64,000 nt of DNA from assembly GCA_020350885.1 (NCBI GenBank), contig CP070727.1, forward strand, positions 757,007 to 821,006. Reading direction: 5' to 3'. Positions 30,405 to 40,079 of the stretch are shown one piece after another. Positions within the stretch are counted from its first letter, which is position 1, and each line of letters opens with the position of its first letter. This stretch comes from a bacterium. GTDB lineage: Bacteria; Krumholzibacteriota; Krumholzibacteriia; Krumholzibacteriales; Krumholzibacteriaceae. The notes beneath the pieces are model-generated. The model made no database searches and was not told the DNA's origin. It saw nothing but the letters and a program-made list of their open reading frames with translations. Made by a program: the position numbers and the translations under genes.

Positions 30405-31340
30405 ATGACGAATTCGGATCTCAACGATCTCGTCCGGCTTCTCGCCTGCCCTGATTGCGGTGGTGACCCGCTTTTTTCGGACGGGGAGCTACGGTGTTCC
30501 GGATGTAGCCGGTCTTACGAAGTGAAGGACGGCATTCCCCTCCTCTACCCGAAGGGAATGAACCGGGAGCATCTCGCCGAGGAAGAAAAGCTCGGCGGGA
30601 TCATGCAGCAGACGGAGATCGAACCGGGCACGGAGTTCTCCGAGGAGCAGTGGAAGCGGTCCAAGGACGAGTTCTGGGGCCAGGTTCGGGAACGGCTCGG
30701 CGGATCCGGGCTCAAGATCATACTCAATGTCGGATGCGGAATCGATACCCGGGCGCTCGAGCTCCAGGAGATGGGACACACACTCGTAAGCTTTGATCTT
30801 GTCTATAGCCTGCTCGAATCCCTCAAGACCGGGCACGGGGCGAAGCACTGCACTGCCGGCGATCTTCTGCACCTGCCGTTCAAATCCGGCTCCTTCGACT
30901 GTCTCTGCTGCATCGACCTCATTCATCACGAGATCGAACATACACCTGAGATTCTAGCGACGTTTGAAAGGGTCCTCAAACCCGGCGGCCTGCTCTTTCT
31001 CGAGGATATCAACGCCTGGGGGCTCTTCCAGTTCTACAAATCGATCCTCCTGCCAAGACCGGTCCATCGAACACTCAGATCGCTCTACCATGTGCTGAAA
31101 GGTTCCCCGTACCGGCCTGCAGACTACGAGTTCCCGACGAGTGTCTTCAAAACGATGCGACTTCTCGAGCGGGTCGGTTTTGCAGAGATCGATGCCGTTC
31201 CCCAAAGGGCTTATCCGAATATTGGTGGCATCGGATACAGGATCTATGAGGTTCTCTCACGTGTACAGCACATCAAACGCTACCACAATTACCATTACAT
31301 GATCGTCGCGGTTGCACCCAAAACCGCTATGCAGCGCTGA
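30405..31340 (+). CDS. Trm112-like Zn-ribbon fused to a class I SAM methyltransferase
   Basis: LACPDC..CSGC..YEVKDGIPLL; LNVGCG, GDLLHLPF..GSFD, LKPGG. Confidence 0.85.
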   Translation: MTNSDLNDLVRLLACPDCGGDPLFSDGELRCSGCSRSYEVKDGIPLLYPKGMNREHLAEEEKLGGIMQQTEIEPGTEFSEEQWKRSKDEFWGQVRERLGGSGLKIILNVGCGIDTRALELQEMGHTLVSFDLVYSLLESLKTGHGAKHCTAGDLLHLPFKSGSFDCLCCIDLIHHEIEHTPEILATFERVLKPGGLLFLEDINAWGLFQFYKSILLPRPVHRTLRSLYHVLKGSPYRPADYEFPTSVFKTMRLLERVGFAEIDAVPQRAYPNIGGIGYRIYEVLSRVQHIKRYHNYHYMIVAVAPKTAMQR

Positions 31341-31410
31341 GCGGTCGTTCGATTCCTTCACCCGAGGCTGAGTGTACTTTTTAAATGGAAATGCCCTCGA
31401 TTCGAAGATC

Positions 31411-34400
31411 TTACCGCAGGAGTATCAGCTTCCGCGTCTCGCTGAAGTCGGCGCTCTTCATCCTGCAGAAATAAATGCCGCTCGAAAGCATGCGGCCCTC
31501 GTCGTTCAGGCCGTTCCAGACGGCGGTGTAGGTTCCGGGCTCGTGAATCCCCCGCCTGAGGATGCGCACGAGTCGGCCGGCGATGTCGTAGATACGAAGG
31601 CTCACGGGGCCGGATCTGCCGACCGAATAGGTGATCCGTGTCGAAGGATTGAAGGGATTCGGGTAGTTCTGGTGAAGCCGGAATGGGTAGCTCGGCGTTG
31701 GTCCGGACCTTTCAATCCCCGTCACCACACGTGACGAGAGGATAAAACCGTAGTTCTTCGTTTGATAACCACCGAGGTTGTAGTCGTACTCGGGATTGAG
31801 CTGGAGCGCGAATACGTCACGGCGTCCGTCGAGATCGTCCGGGGCCGGATCGAACGTATACTCCATCGCTGTTCCCGTGGCCACATTGATGACGCCCGTC
31901 ACACCGGGGCCGATCGTGGAGGTCGTATCGGAGCCGTCATAGTATTTCAGACTCTTACGCCCGTAATCCATGACCTCGATGAGGGCGGGATTCATGCTGT
32001 TCTCGATCCGGTGTACGATATTCCGTGTAGCGCCCAGCCGGTTCTCGACACGGTAATCGACGGCAAGTCCCCCGGCGACCGGATAAAACGACTTCACGAA
32101 TATGAAGTCGCCGCTCACGAAGCTGAAGCGTACGGAATCGTCCAAAACGGTCGTCGTGAGCTCGTCATTCAACAGGTTCACGATCTCCATACCACCGAAG
32201 GTGAAGAATTCATTGAAACACTTCTTTCTGATTCCGTAGCTCCGCTGCCACGGCTGGGCCGCCTGATACTGGTACGGTGCGTTCCACGCGTAGTCGACGG
32301 TGTAGTGGTAGTCGTCGTTGTAGGTGCCTCCGGTATAGTGATCCCGCCACCCGATGTAGTAGAGTCCCCACATGAAGAGCTCGTTCCCGACGAGCTCCTC
32401 CCCCCGGCCGAGATCGAACCAGTAGAGGAGCCGGCCGCCGTACGGGCTGAAGACAAAGAGGTTCTCCGGTGTGACGAGGATGACATCCTGGATAGAGTCG
32501 CCGTTTGCATCCTGCATCAGGATCTGCGGATCTACGACCGGTGAGGCCGCATACTCGGCCGCCAGGCACGATGCCTCGATCGTCTCGAGCTTGTGGTAAT
32601 CCTGGCAGTAGAAATCGCCGCAGTTGATGCAACCGAACTCGAACTGGTGCGCGGCATAGTTACGTAGTGCATGATCGATGAGCCTGATGCCGGGCAGACT
32701 CCCGTTCGCTGCGGCCTGTGCGGCCTGCACACGGTTGCGCCACCCATCGTAGAAATCACGGTAAAAAGCCAGAAGGGGGGAGTTCTCGTTGAAGTCGAAC
32801 CAATCCTCGTAGCCGGCATCCTGCGACGGACCCACCATCCAGTTCGCCTGCCCGTCGACGATCGGTGAGAGCATCTCGGTGGGGTGGCGTGTCTCCAGGT
32901 ATTCGCTGAAGGTCGTGAGCTTCACCCAGCTGAGACCCTCGAGGACGTCGAGGACGTGATCGAGGTTGTCCCAGTCCGGCTGGGGATCCTCCCCGTGCTC
33001 GTAGTCCCAGAGCCCTGTCGCTTCGGCATCCTGGCAGTAGCAGACGACATAGTCGCGGTAGGTATCCTCCGAATGCAGCCACGAGAGGTAATCGACGAGA
33101 TCGTCCGTGTAGCCGGAGTCGATCGCCCCGTCGAGAAGCCAGATCATTGCCCCGTCATCATTGAATATAACGAGCTCTTTGATTCCCAGGTTCGTCTTTC
33201 GTACCGCAAACTCCGGCATCGTCGTGCCGCTGTCGTAGAGGATATGGGTCTCGACCCAGGTCGCAGTGTAACCGTTATCGGCAATGAGGGGGACGAGCTG
33301 CTGCTTCCAGCACCGTTCCGCGTTCCAGAAGCTCACGGGAGTCGTTGAGACCGAACGCTCGATCACCGTACGCTGCACGTCGATCTGCACGTTGTTGTCC
33401 CACATATGTGTTGAGTACGGGATGTTCTGGGAGTAGGTGCTCCCAACGATCTCGAACTGACCGTCAGCGGCACCCGCACGGAGCATATCTATCGTCGAGG
33501 GATTGTGCCTGAAGTCGTACCAGAGCAGATCGTGCAGCAGCGAGCCCGAGAAGTGGAGCATGAATTTCGATCCGGGGTGCTCTCTGAGCACCTTCACCAG
33601 CCCATTGAAACAGACATCGTTCGCCGTATCACCCTGAAGGTTCAGTGTCTGATTGGCATGAAAGAGGAGAACCACGTTGAGCTTGCCGGGATCGGCGGTT
33701 CTATCGACTGTGATATCCCCCACCGCCCGATCGGCGGCGAGCCCGGCGAGGTCGATCCCGCCCAGCCTGTAGCGGTAATTCCCATTCGGTACTAATACAC
33801 CAAGAGAATCGCTTCCGTCCCAGAGGACACTCCGGTAGCCCGGATCGAGGAGCGATGCCGTGAGCAGCCGTTTGACGAGGGCTCCGCCCGATGTGCGTAT
33901 TTCGCAATCGACGTACACCGGCTCGGAAAGCCTGAAGGAGATCCTCGTGACATCGTCCTCTGAATCTCCATCCGGCGAGATGAGCGCCGGTGAAGCGAAG
34001 TTTTCGAAAATGACGGGTGCTACATCGTCTGCCAGGATATCGAAATTGTACTCTCCCGAACCAGGGGATCTCGTCGTATTGATCCGGTCCGAGGCAGTGA
34101 TGTGATACAGAACCGTCCGGCCGGCGATAGCGAACGATGCCGGGATCTCGGCATACCATTCGTTCTCGAGGCCTTCAAGGAACGGTGCATCATACTGATC
34201 GCCGCTACCGAACGCCCGGTAGTTGAGTTTGGCCTCGTAAACCTCCTCGTCATCGGTGATCGTCGCCGTAACGATGACCGGCCGGTTCGCCGGCTGATCC
34301 ACGACACCCCCGTGGACGATCACGGGGGGAATAAAATCGAGATCGACCGTGAAGATGGACGAATCGGCATGGGCCGCTCCGGAAGTATTTGCCACCGCTA

Positions 34401-35664
34401 TCCTCAGCTCGTGCTCGTCTTCCTCGAGGGAATCGACGAGGGTATAGCGCACCTCCTTTTCAACCGCATCGTAGTGCGACGGCCCCTGGGCGACGAGTGC
34501 ATCATCGATGTATAGCTTTATCTCGTCGAGGTCGAGCGGCGTGCTCTCGGAATGGGCGATCGATGCCGAGACCGTGGGACGGGAGGTGCCGATCACCGAG
34601 CCCTCCATCGGGCTCAGGTAGTACACGAGAGGATCACGGATGAAGAGGTACGAGTTGTAGTTATCGTTGGGATTGACGTCGGGATTCAGGGGATCGCTCA
34701 ACCAGATGTGGCCGTCTTGGACGAACTTGTACTCCTGATAGCTTTGCGGCAGCTTTTTGTCGATCGTCCAGATGCTGTCGCCGTCCGCATCCGACATCGG
34801 ATCGATTGCGGTGTCTATCACACCACCCGAGGGGTTGCACCAGCCGTTGAAGTCGCCGGCGAGGTTTACCGTCGATGCATCCGGCGCATAGAACCTGAAG
34901 CGCACGACGACCGAATCCGCCCCGGCGCCGATCGGGTCGGGTACGCCGTTTCCGTCCTCGTCGTAGCCAATGAGAACGGGATTGTCGAGGCTTAAGAGAT
35001 CGCTATCCTGATCGGCACCGAGCTCGTCACCGCTCCCCGCCCCGAGGGGTGTCGATGGGTCGAACTTGTCGGGGGCCCACCCGAGCCCGGCCGCAACCCT
35101 TATCCATCCGTTCACCTCGGTACCGATAACACTCCATGGGATGGTGATCTCCCAGCCGCCGATGCCGTTACTGTTGTGCCAGCCCTCACGAGAGGCGTTC
35201 TGCGAACCCGATATATGCACGGTACTTCCATCCCCCTGGATCTGCCGTACATCCGCACCGATCCCCGCCTCCATATCGCACACGGCGTGTACGAAGTCGG
35301 GATCCCATCCCTCACCCTGCGTACTGAAGCCGGGATAATAGTCGTTCTGCTCTACGCCGGTCGCTCGGGTGCTCGAGTCGATATAGATGAGGAAGACGTT
35401 ATTCACCGAGCTGTAGCCCTCGACACCGACGTAAAGGTTCGAGAGGTCCCAGCTCACATAGAGGTTCACGAGATCATTGTTCGGCCCCCAGGGTACATCG
35501 GTGTTAGAGGCCCTGAGCTCGAAGACGGGATTCCATTCACCGATGGAGAAATCACCGTCGACGACGATCGCACAATCCGCCGCCGCCGGAATGATGACAG
35601 TGATCGTCGCAGGAACGATGAGCGTGATCAGTGCTGTAACGAGGAGTGTCCGCTGCAGAGCCAT
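31411..35664 (-). CDS. Secreted multidomain GH57-family alpha-glucan enzyme (CBM9/DOMON-like, CBM48, Ig, internal FlgD-Ig, GH57, C-terminal FlgD/Por tail)
   Basis: F.FYAPDA.TV.LAGDFNGW (CBM48); FHANQ, FWNAERCW, CQDAE, AHQFEFG match the GH57 conserved regions; LHQNYPNPFNP tail. Confidence 0.78.
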   Translation of the reverse strand: MALQRTLLVTALITLIVPATITVIIPAAADCAIVVDGDFSIGEWNPVFELRASNTDVPWGPNNDLVNLYVSWDLSNLYVGVEGYSSVNNVFLIYIDSSTRATGVEQNDYYPGFSTQGEGWDPDFVHAVCDMEAGIGADVRQIQGDGSTVHISGSQNASREGWHNSNGIGGWEITIPWSVIGTEVNGWIRVAAGLGWAPDKFDPSTPLGAGSGDELGADQDSDLLSLDNPVLIGYDEDGNGVPDPIGAGADSVVVRFRFYAPDASTVNLAGDFNGWCNPSGGVIDTAIDPMSDADGDSIWTIDKKLPQSYQEYKFVQDGHIWLSDPLNPDVNPNDNYNSYLFIRDPLVYYLSPMEGSVIGTSRPTVSASIAHSESTPLDLDEIKLYIDDALVAQGPSHYDAVEKEVRYTLVDSLEEDEHELRIAVANTSGAAHADSSIFTVDLDFIPPVIVHGGVVDQPANRPVIVTATITDDEEVYEAKLNYRAFGSGDQYDAPFLEGLENEWYAEIPASFAIAGRTVLYHITASDRINTTRSPGSGEYNFDILADDVAPVIFENFASPALISPDGDSEDDVTRISFRLSEPVYVDCEIRTSGGALVKRLLTASLLDPGYRSVLWDGSDSLGVLVPNGNYRYRLGGIDLAGLAADRAVGDITVDRTADPGKLNVVLLFHANQTLNLQGDTANDVCFNGLVKVLREHPGSKFMLHFSGSLLHDLLWYDFRHNPSTIDMLRAGAADGQFEIVGSTYSQNIPYSTHMWDNNVQIDVQRTVIERSVSTTPVSFWNAERCWKQQLVPLIADNGYTATWVETHILYDSGTTMPEFAVRKTNLGIKELVIFNDDGAMIWLLDGAIDSGYTDDLVDYLSWLHSEDTYRDYVVCYCQDAEATGLWDYEHGEDPQPDWDNLDHVLDVLEGLSWVKLTTFSEYLETRHPTEMLSPIVDGQANWMVGPSQDAGYEDWFDFNENSPLLAFYRDFYDGWRNRVQAAQAAANGSLPGIRLIDHALRNYAAHQFEFGCINCGDFYCQDYHKLETIEASCLAAEYAASPVVDPQILMQDANGDSIQDVILVTPENLFVFSPYGGRLLYWFDLGRGEELVGNELFMWGLYYIGWRDHYTGGTYNDDYHYTVDYAWNAPYQYQAAQPWQRSYGIRKKCFNEFFTFGGMEIVNLLNDELTTTVLDDSVRFSFVSGDFIFVKSFYPVAGGLAVDYRVENRLGATRNIVHRIENSMNPALIEVMDYGRKSLKYYDGSDTTSTIGPGVTGVINVATGTAMEYTFDPAPDDLDGRRDVFALQLNPEYDYNLGGYQTKNYGFILSSRVVTGIERSGPTPSYPFRLHQNYPNPFNPSTRITYSVGRSGPVSLRIYDIAGRLVRILRRGIHEPGTYTAVWNGLNDEGRMLSSGIYFCRMKSADFSETRKLILLR

Positions 35665-35768
35665 TGCCCGATGTCAGACCTTTCGAAGAGATGCAATGAC
35701 GTGCCTTCTTTGCCGACCCGTCACGCGGGGATGAGGTCGATTAAATCAACAATATAATATAATGGATA

Positions 35769-35777
35769 ATTATAACA
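35769..35777 (-). promoter_or_regulatory. Extended -10 element TGTTATAAT upstream of the GH57 gene
   Basis: Exact TGnTATAAT about 105 nt before the start codon. Confidence 0.6.
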
Positions 35778-35911
35778 CTTCGGACGCCGGAATCCAAATA
35801 ATAGAATAGTTTACCAGGAAATCGTCATGTGCGGGGGTAGGCCGGCGCCTCCAGAGGCGAACCTGTCACACGGTAAGAGAGTCCAGTTCAAAGCAGCTAC
35901 CGGCAGGGGGC

Positions 35912-36553
35912 TTACCTGAACGCATACCCGATCATGAACGACAGCGCGCTGTTCTTGAGATCGAGATCCACGTAAGGTGTTTCGTCGGGAATATTCACTA
36001 GTCCCCATTCATAACGGGCCTCGAGAACTATGCTCCCCATTCCCGTTTCGACGTCCACCCCGCCTCCGAGGATGACCCCGATATCGGTCGACTTGACATA
36101 GGGATCGAGATTGATGTCATAGATCCGCCCCTCATACTCGTAATCGGCGTTGTTGTAGAGCATGATCGCAAATGCGGGACCGGCGAAGATGTTCGGCACT
36201 ACCCGCCAGGAAAGCGGCAGGTGGAATCGTACAAGGATCGGCACCTCAAGATAGGCGAGCCGGATCCTGACATCCCGGTTTCCAGCGAAGAAGATCGGAT
36301 GGCGCCCCTCCGAACCCTTCATCGTAAAATACACCTCGTCCTGCATCGATAGAAAATCGGTGAACCGGTAGCCGATGAAACCTCCTACGATAAGGCCTTT
36401 TCGCGAACCGGCCCCCTCCGAGTCGTCTCCATAGGCATCAGCCAGATTCAGGCCCGCCTTGAGGCCGGCCGTCCAAGAACCTCCGTGCGCATTGGAGCAG
36501 GTGAGCGAGCAGGCCAACAGAACAACTATGACAATCGGGTACCTGGAACTCAT
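35912..36553 (-). CDS. PorT/OmpA-like outer-membrane beta-barrel protein
   Basis: Signal peptide; GLKAGLNLA, YLEVPILVR, NIFAGP, C-terminal IGYAF; SD GGGGAGG before ATG 36553. Confidence 0.8.
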   Translation of the reverse strand: MSSRYPIVIVVLLACSLTCSNAHGGSWTAGLKAGLNLADAYGDDSEGAGSRKGLIVGGFIGYRFTDFLSMQDEVYFTMKGSEGRHPIFFAGNRDVRIRLAYLEVPILVRFHLPLSWRVVPNIFAGPAFAIMLYNNADYEYEGRIYDINLDPYVKSTDIGVILGGGVDVETGMGSIVLEARYEWGLVNIPDETPYVDLDLKNSALSFMIGYAFR

Positions 36554-36760
36554 ATCAACCTCCCCTAGTTGATCCGAGCTTATCACGCCGGCATAGGCTA
36601 TGCAACCCGAAGCTCGAATAGCCATTGCACTCTTTCCGCATTACTTTTATATTCATAATGGAGTTGGGCTCGTGTCCCTGGGGACCCCATGAAAAGTAAA
36701 TCGATAGTAAATCTTGTGCCATGCACTGCATGGTGAAATCAATCCAAAGGGGGCTCTGTC

Positions 36761-38611
36761 ATGAGACGCTGCCATCTCTCGATCGGTTTCCTCCTTCTGC
36801 TCATCACCATCGCAACGATCTCCGGCTGCCGTCTTCCGTTCTGTCCCGGGAGCGAGAATCCCTATGTAGTAATCGACAGCCCCCCGTACCGGCCCGGCCT
36901 TCCAACCTTTTCGAGAATCATTGTCTTCAAATGGCACGCCAGTCCCGGGCACGCTATATGCGCCACACGCTATCTGCTCACCGCCCTGATCGATTCAAAC
37001 GGTGTATACAATCCCGAGTTCGATATCATAGGCGATCTCAACGCCAATCCGTGGCGGTACGAGGATACATGGTCGCCGTGGATGCCCTACAGTACAAAAT
37101 GGGGCACCGGTTGCAAGGCTTGCGTCGAGGCTCCGGAGGTCGGCAAGGTCTACCTCTTCGCCGTGCAGGCGAAGGATATCTGCGGGCGGGTAACACAGCA
37201 ATTCGAGCTGGCACGGGATGCATTCATCTTCATGGTGTCTCCCTATACGTATCCTTAGCTGACGCTCCGTGACCCGACACTCGGCATATACAGATTCCTC
37301 GGTACCGATCCGTTTCCGATCCGGACCGACTTCCCGGCTGATTTCGGACTCCATTTCAGCTGGTCCGCCAGCGCCGATCAGTACGGGGGAGAGATCGTGG
37401 GCTATCGCTACGGATGGGATATCGTCAATCCGGACGAGCCCGAGGATTGGGATGTTCCCATCCATCCGGGAAACCTGTCCGCCCCCGAGATATCATACAG
37501 CATGGGTGTCCACACATTCTGGATCGAGGCCGTCGATCACGCTAACAACTCGACGATAGGCCGTATCGAGATCACGTTCGTCCCGTTTTCGATGGAGAGG
37601 AACCTCCTGTGGGTGGACGACTTCTACTCGATCGATCAACCGATCCCCGATAGAAGCCACCCGCCCGAGTACGAGCACGATGCTTTCTGGATGGATATCT
37701 GCGGAAGGGCGGCGGGATGGACGGTGGGAGATCTGTACGACTGCATCGAGCACAACCTCGAGCCGCCCGACTTGGAGCTCATCGGAAGCTACAAGAACAT
37801 CATCTGGACCTTCTCATCGCACACGAATTGCTGCTGGCAGATCGTCCGGTTCACACCGGAAGACCAGGTCGGCACACAACACCAGCCCACCGTCAATTAT
37901 CTGCCCGCCTTCCTCGAGAAGGGAGGTCACCTCTGGACGCTCGGCCGTTCGGAGAGGGCCGGCGGGCTCGCGGCAGTGCTCCATCCCGAAGATCAGCTCT
38001 TTCCCGTATCCCTCGATTACCGGCAGACGGGGGAGCCGTGCGATGTCGATCCCGACTACATACATTCGATGGCGTACGAGGATTACTGTGTGACGATGCT
38101 CGACAAGATCAAAGCCGTACTTAGAGAAGACGCCGATATGCCCAATAGAAAAGTAAGCTTTTACGATGCCATGACCTTTGCGGAGAGGGATGCAATCGAT
38201 CCGGTAACCGCGGAACTGACCGGCCTGCCGGAACGGCTCGATCTGTGGGAAGAGGTACTATGCGAACACTGCTACTTCTCTCCGAATAATCCGTACGGAC
38301 CGGGCGGCTTCACCTATGTCGAGATCTACGATCCACAATACCGGATGGAGACAAAGTTTCTGAACTCCCAGGACTGCTTCCATCCGCTCTACCGGATGCG
38401 CTCGCGATCCACGTTATCGGCGGTCGACAACACGGCGATCGCACTCTGCCTGACGAAATACGAGGATGTGGTCCCCCAGGTGACCGCCGGGATTGCAGTG
38501 CCTGCACGGAGCTTCCACTTCGGATTCCCGCTCTGGTTCTTCGACCGGACCCAGGTGGATGCGGTAGTGGACGTGGTCTTCGACGAATGGCAGATACGGG
38601 CCGTCAGGTAG
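36761..38611 (+). pseudogene. Putative lipoprotein (FN3-like repeats + alpha/beta domain) interrupted by one in-frame TAG at 37256-37258
   Basis: Track ORFs 36761-37258 and 37397-38611 share one frame; the gap reads open as YP*LTLRDPTLGIYRFLG...GEIVGYRYGWD; lipobox ISGC. Confidence 0.75.
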
Positions 38612-38714
38612 CGTTTTGAGCCGTCGATCCGATCGCAGGCATCCTGATCGACAAAGATACCGATATTTATGAAACGGAGATGTGTGGACGGATGAGCACA
38701 GCCGGGACCGGCTC

Positions 38715-39434
38715 TCAGTCGGCGTTCACCTTGAACCAGCCGTTCGGTGAGAGGGCCTCCTCTTCGAGTCCCTTGTATCCTTTGATATTCCAGAGATAGA
38801 TGGAGTCGGGTTCGAGGATGGTTGCGAGTGAATCGGGCACGACCCATGTACTGTCCTCGATCCGCTCCGCCCAGTAGATTTGTGTGAGATCAGCGGTGAA
38901 GATCTCAATGGAGTAGTACTCGTTCTCCCGCCGGGGATGCCAGCTGAACTGCTCGGGTACACGTTCTATTTCACCGAGTGGCGCCTCGAGTGTGATGCCG
39001 TACTCGACTACGGGCTCTCCACGCATCGGGCCGAATCCCGGTCCGAATCCGGGCGAAATACCCGACCTTTCGACTGCGAGGAATATGAGAATAACCGCCG
39101 CCGCAGCCGCAATTGGGGCCAGCCAATTGAAACTCAAACGTGTTACGGGAGCCTGCCGGCTCTCCTTTTTCCGTACCGCGACCGTAGGGAGAATGCGTTC
39201 CTTGAGGGCCCGTTCGAGCTTGAAGCAGGCCTCGGACCAGTTCGCTTCCTCGGCGAGCTCCCGGTCGGAACCGATCCGCTGAAACCGCCGGATGCGCTTG
39301 ACCTCGAGCCGGCACAGCAGGCATGAATCGAGATGCTGCTCGAGCCGATCAGCCGTGTCGTCTTCTGCACATCCACAGGCATACGCGGTCAGGATCTCGA
39401 GACCAGGATGCTCCGTGAAGTTATCCCTATCCAT
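38715..39434 (-). CDS. Membrane anti-sigma factor: ZAS (HxxxCxxC), TM, extracytoplasmic Ig/FN3-like domain
   Basis: HLDSCLLC; TM WLAPIAAAAAVILIFLAV; ATG 39434 overlaps the sigma stop by 8 nt. Confidence 0.82.
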   Translation of the reverse strand: MDRDNFTEHPGLEILTAYACGCAEDDTADRLEQHLDSCLLCRLEVKRIRRFQRIGSDRELAEEANWSEACFKLERALKERILPTVAVRKKESRQAPVTRLSFNWLAPIAAAAAVILIFLAVERSGISPGFGPGFGPMRGEPVVEYGITLEAPLGEIERVPEQFSWHPRRENEYYSIEIFTADLTQIYWAERIEDSTWVVPDSLATILEPDSIYLWNIKGYKGLEEEALSPNGWFKVNAD

Positions 39435-40014
39435 TTCCAAACCCCTCGTGTTCAATGAGCCGCTTGAACTTTCTTCTGGCGTTCTGCAGGAGGGTGCGTG
39501 CCCCCGTAATATTCTCACAACCCAGTATCTTTGTAATCTCATTCACCGTCATTCCATCCCTGTAGTGGAGGATGAATACCTCCAGCTCATCACCAGGTAT
39601 GAACTCCCTCGCGGAGGCCAGAATGCGTTCGAGATCGCCGACCAGGCCGAGCTCCCTGTCAAACTGATTATCGACCGGGTCGGGCACTCCGTCTGCATCC
39701 ACCGAGAGCAATCGCCGCCGCCACTGTTCTCGCTTCTTCGCAAGCTCGCTGAGACAGTGGTTGCTGGTGACCCGGTATGCCCAGGTCGAAAACATCGAGA
39801 GACCGGAGAACTTGGCGATGTTCCTGAATATCTTGATGAATATCTCCTGGGTGAGATCAACGGCCTCCTCCTCATCGTGCGTATAATTGTAACACCAGAG
39901 ATAAATCCGCTTACTGTATCGCCTGAACAACTCCGTGCAGGCTTCCTCAGAGGCGCTCTCTGCGATGATACCCGAAAGCTCCTCGTCGCTTGCACACCGT
40001 ATCTCTGTGTTCAC
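39427..40014 (-). CDS. ECF sigma-70 factor
   Basis: Region 2 DLTQEIFIKIF..FSTWAYRV..NHC; region 4 HTH. Confidence 0.93.
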   Translation of the reverse strand: MNTEIRCASDEELSGIIAESASEEACTELFRRYSKRIYLWCYNYTHDEEEAVDLTQEIFIKIFRNIAKFSGLSMFSTWAYRVTSNHCLSELAKKREQWRRRLLSVDADGVPDPVDNQFDRELGLVGDLERILASAREFIPGDELEVFILHYRDGMTVNEITKILGCENITGARTLLQNARRKFKRLIEHEGFGNG

Positions 40015-40079
40015 CCCTTAGACACTCCCCAGGGAAGAAATGACATAATATTTCTCCCATTATTTTTCGAGCTGAGAGA

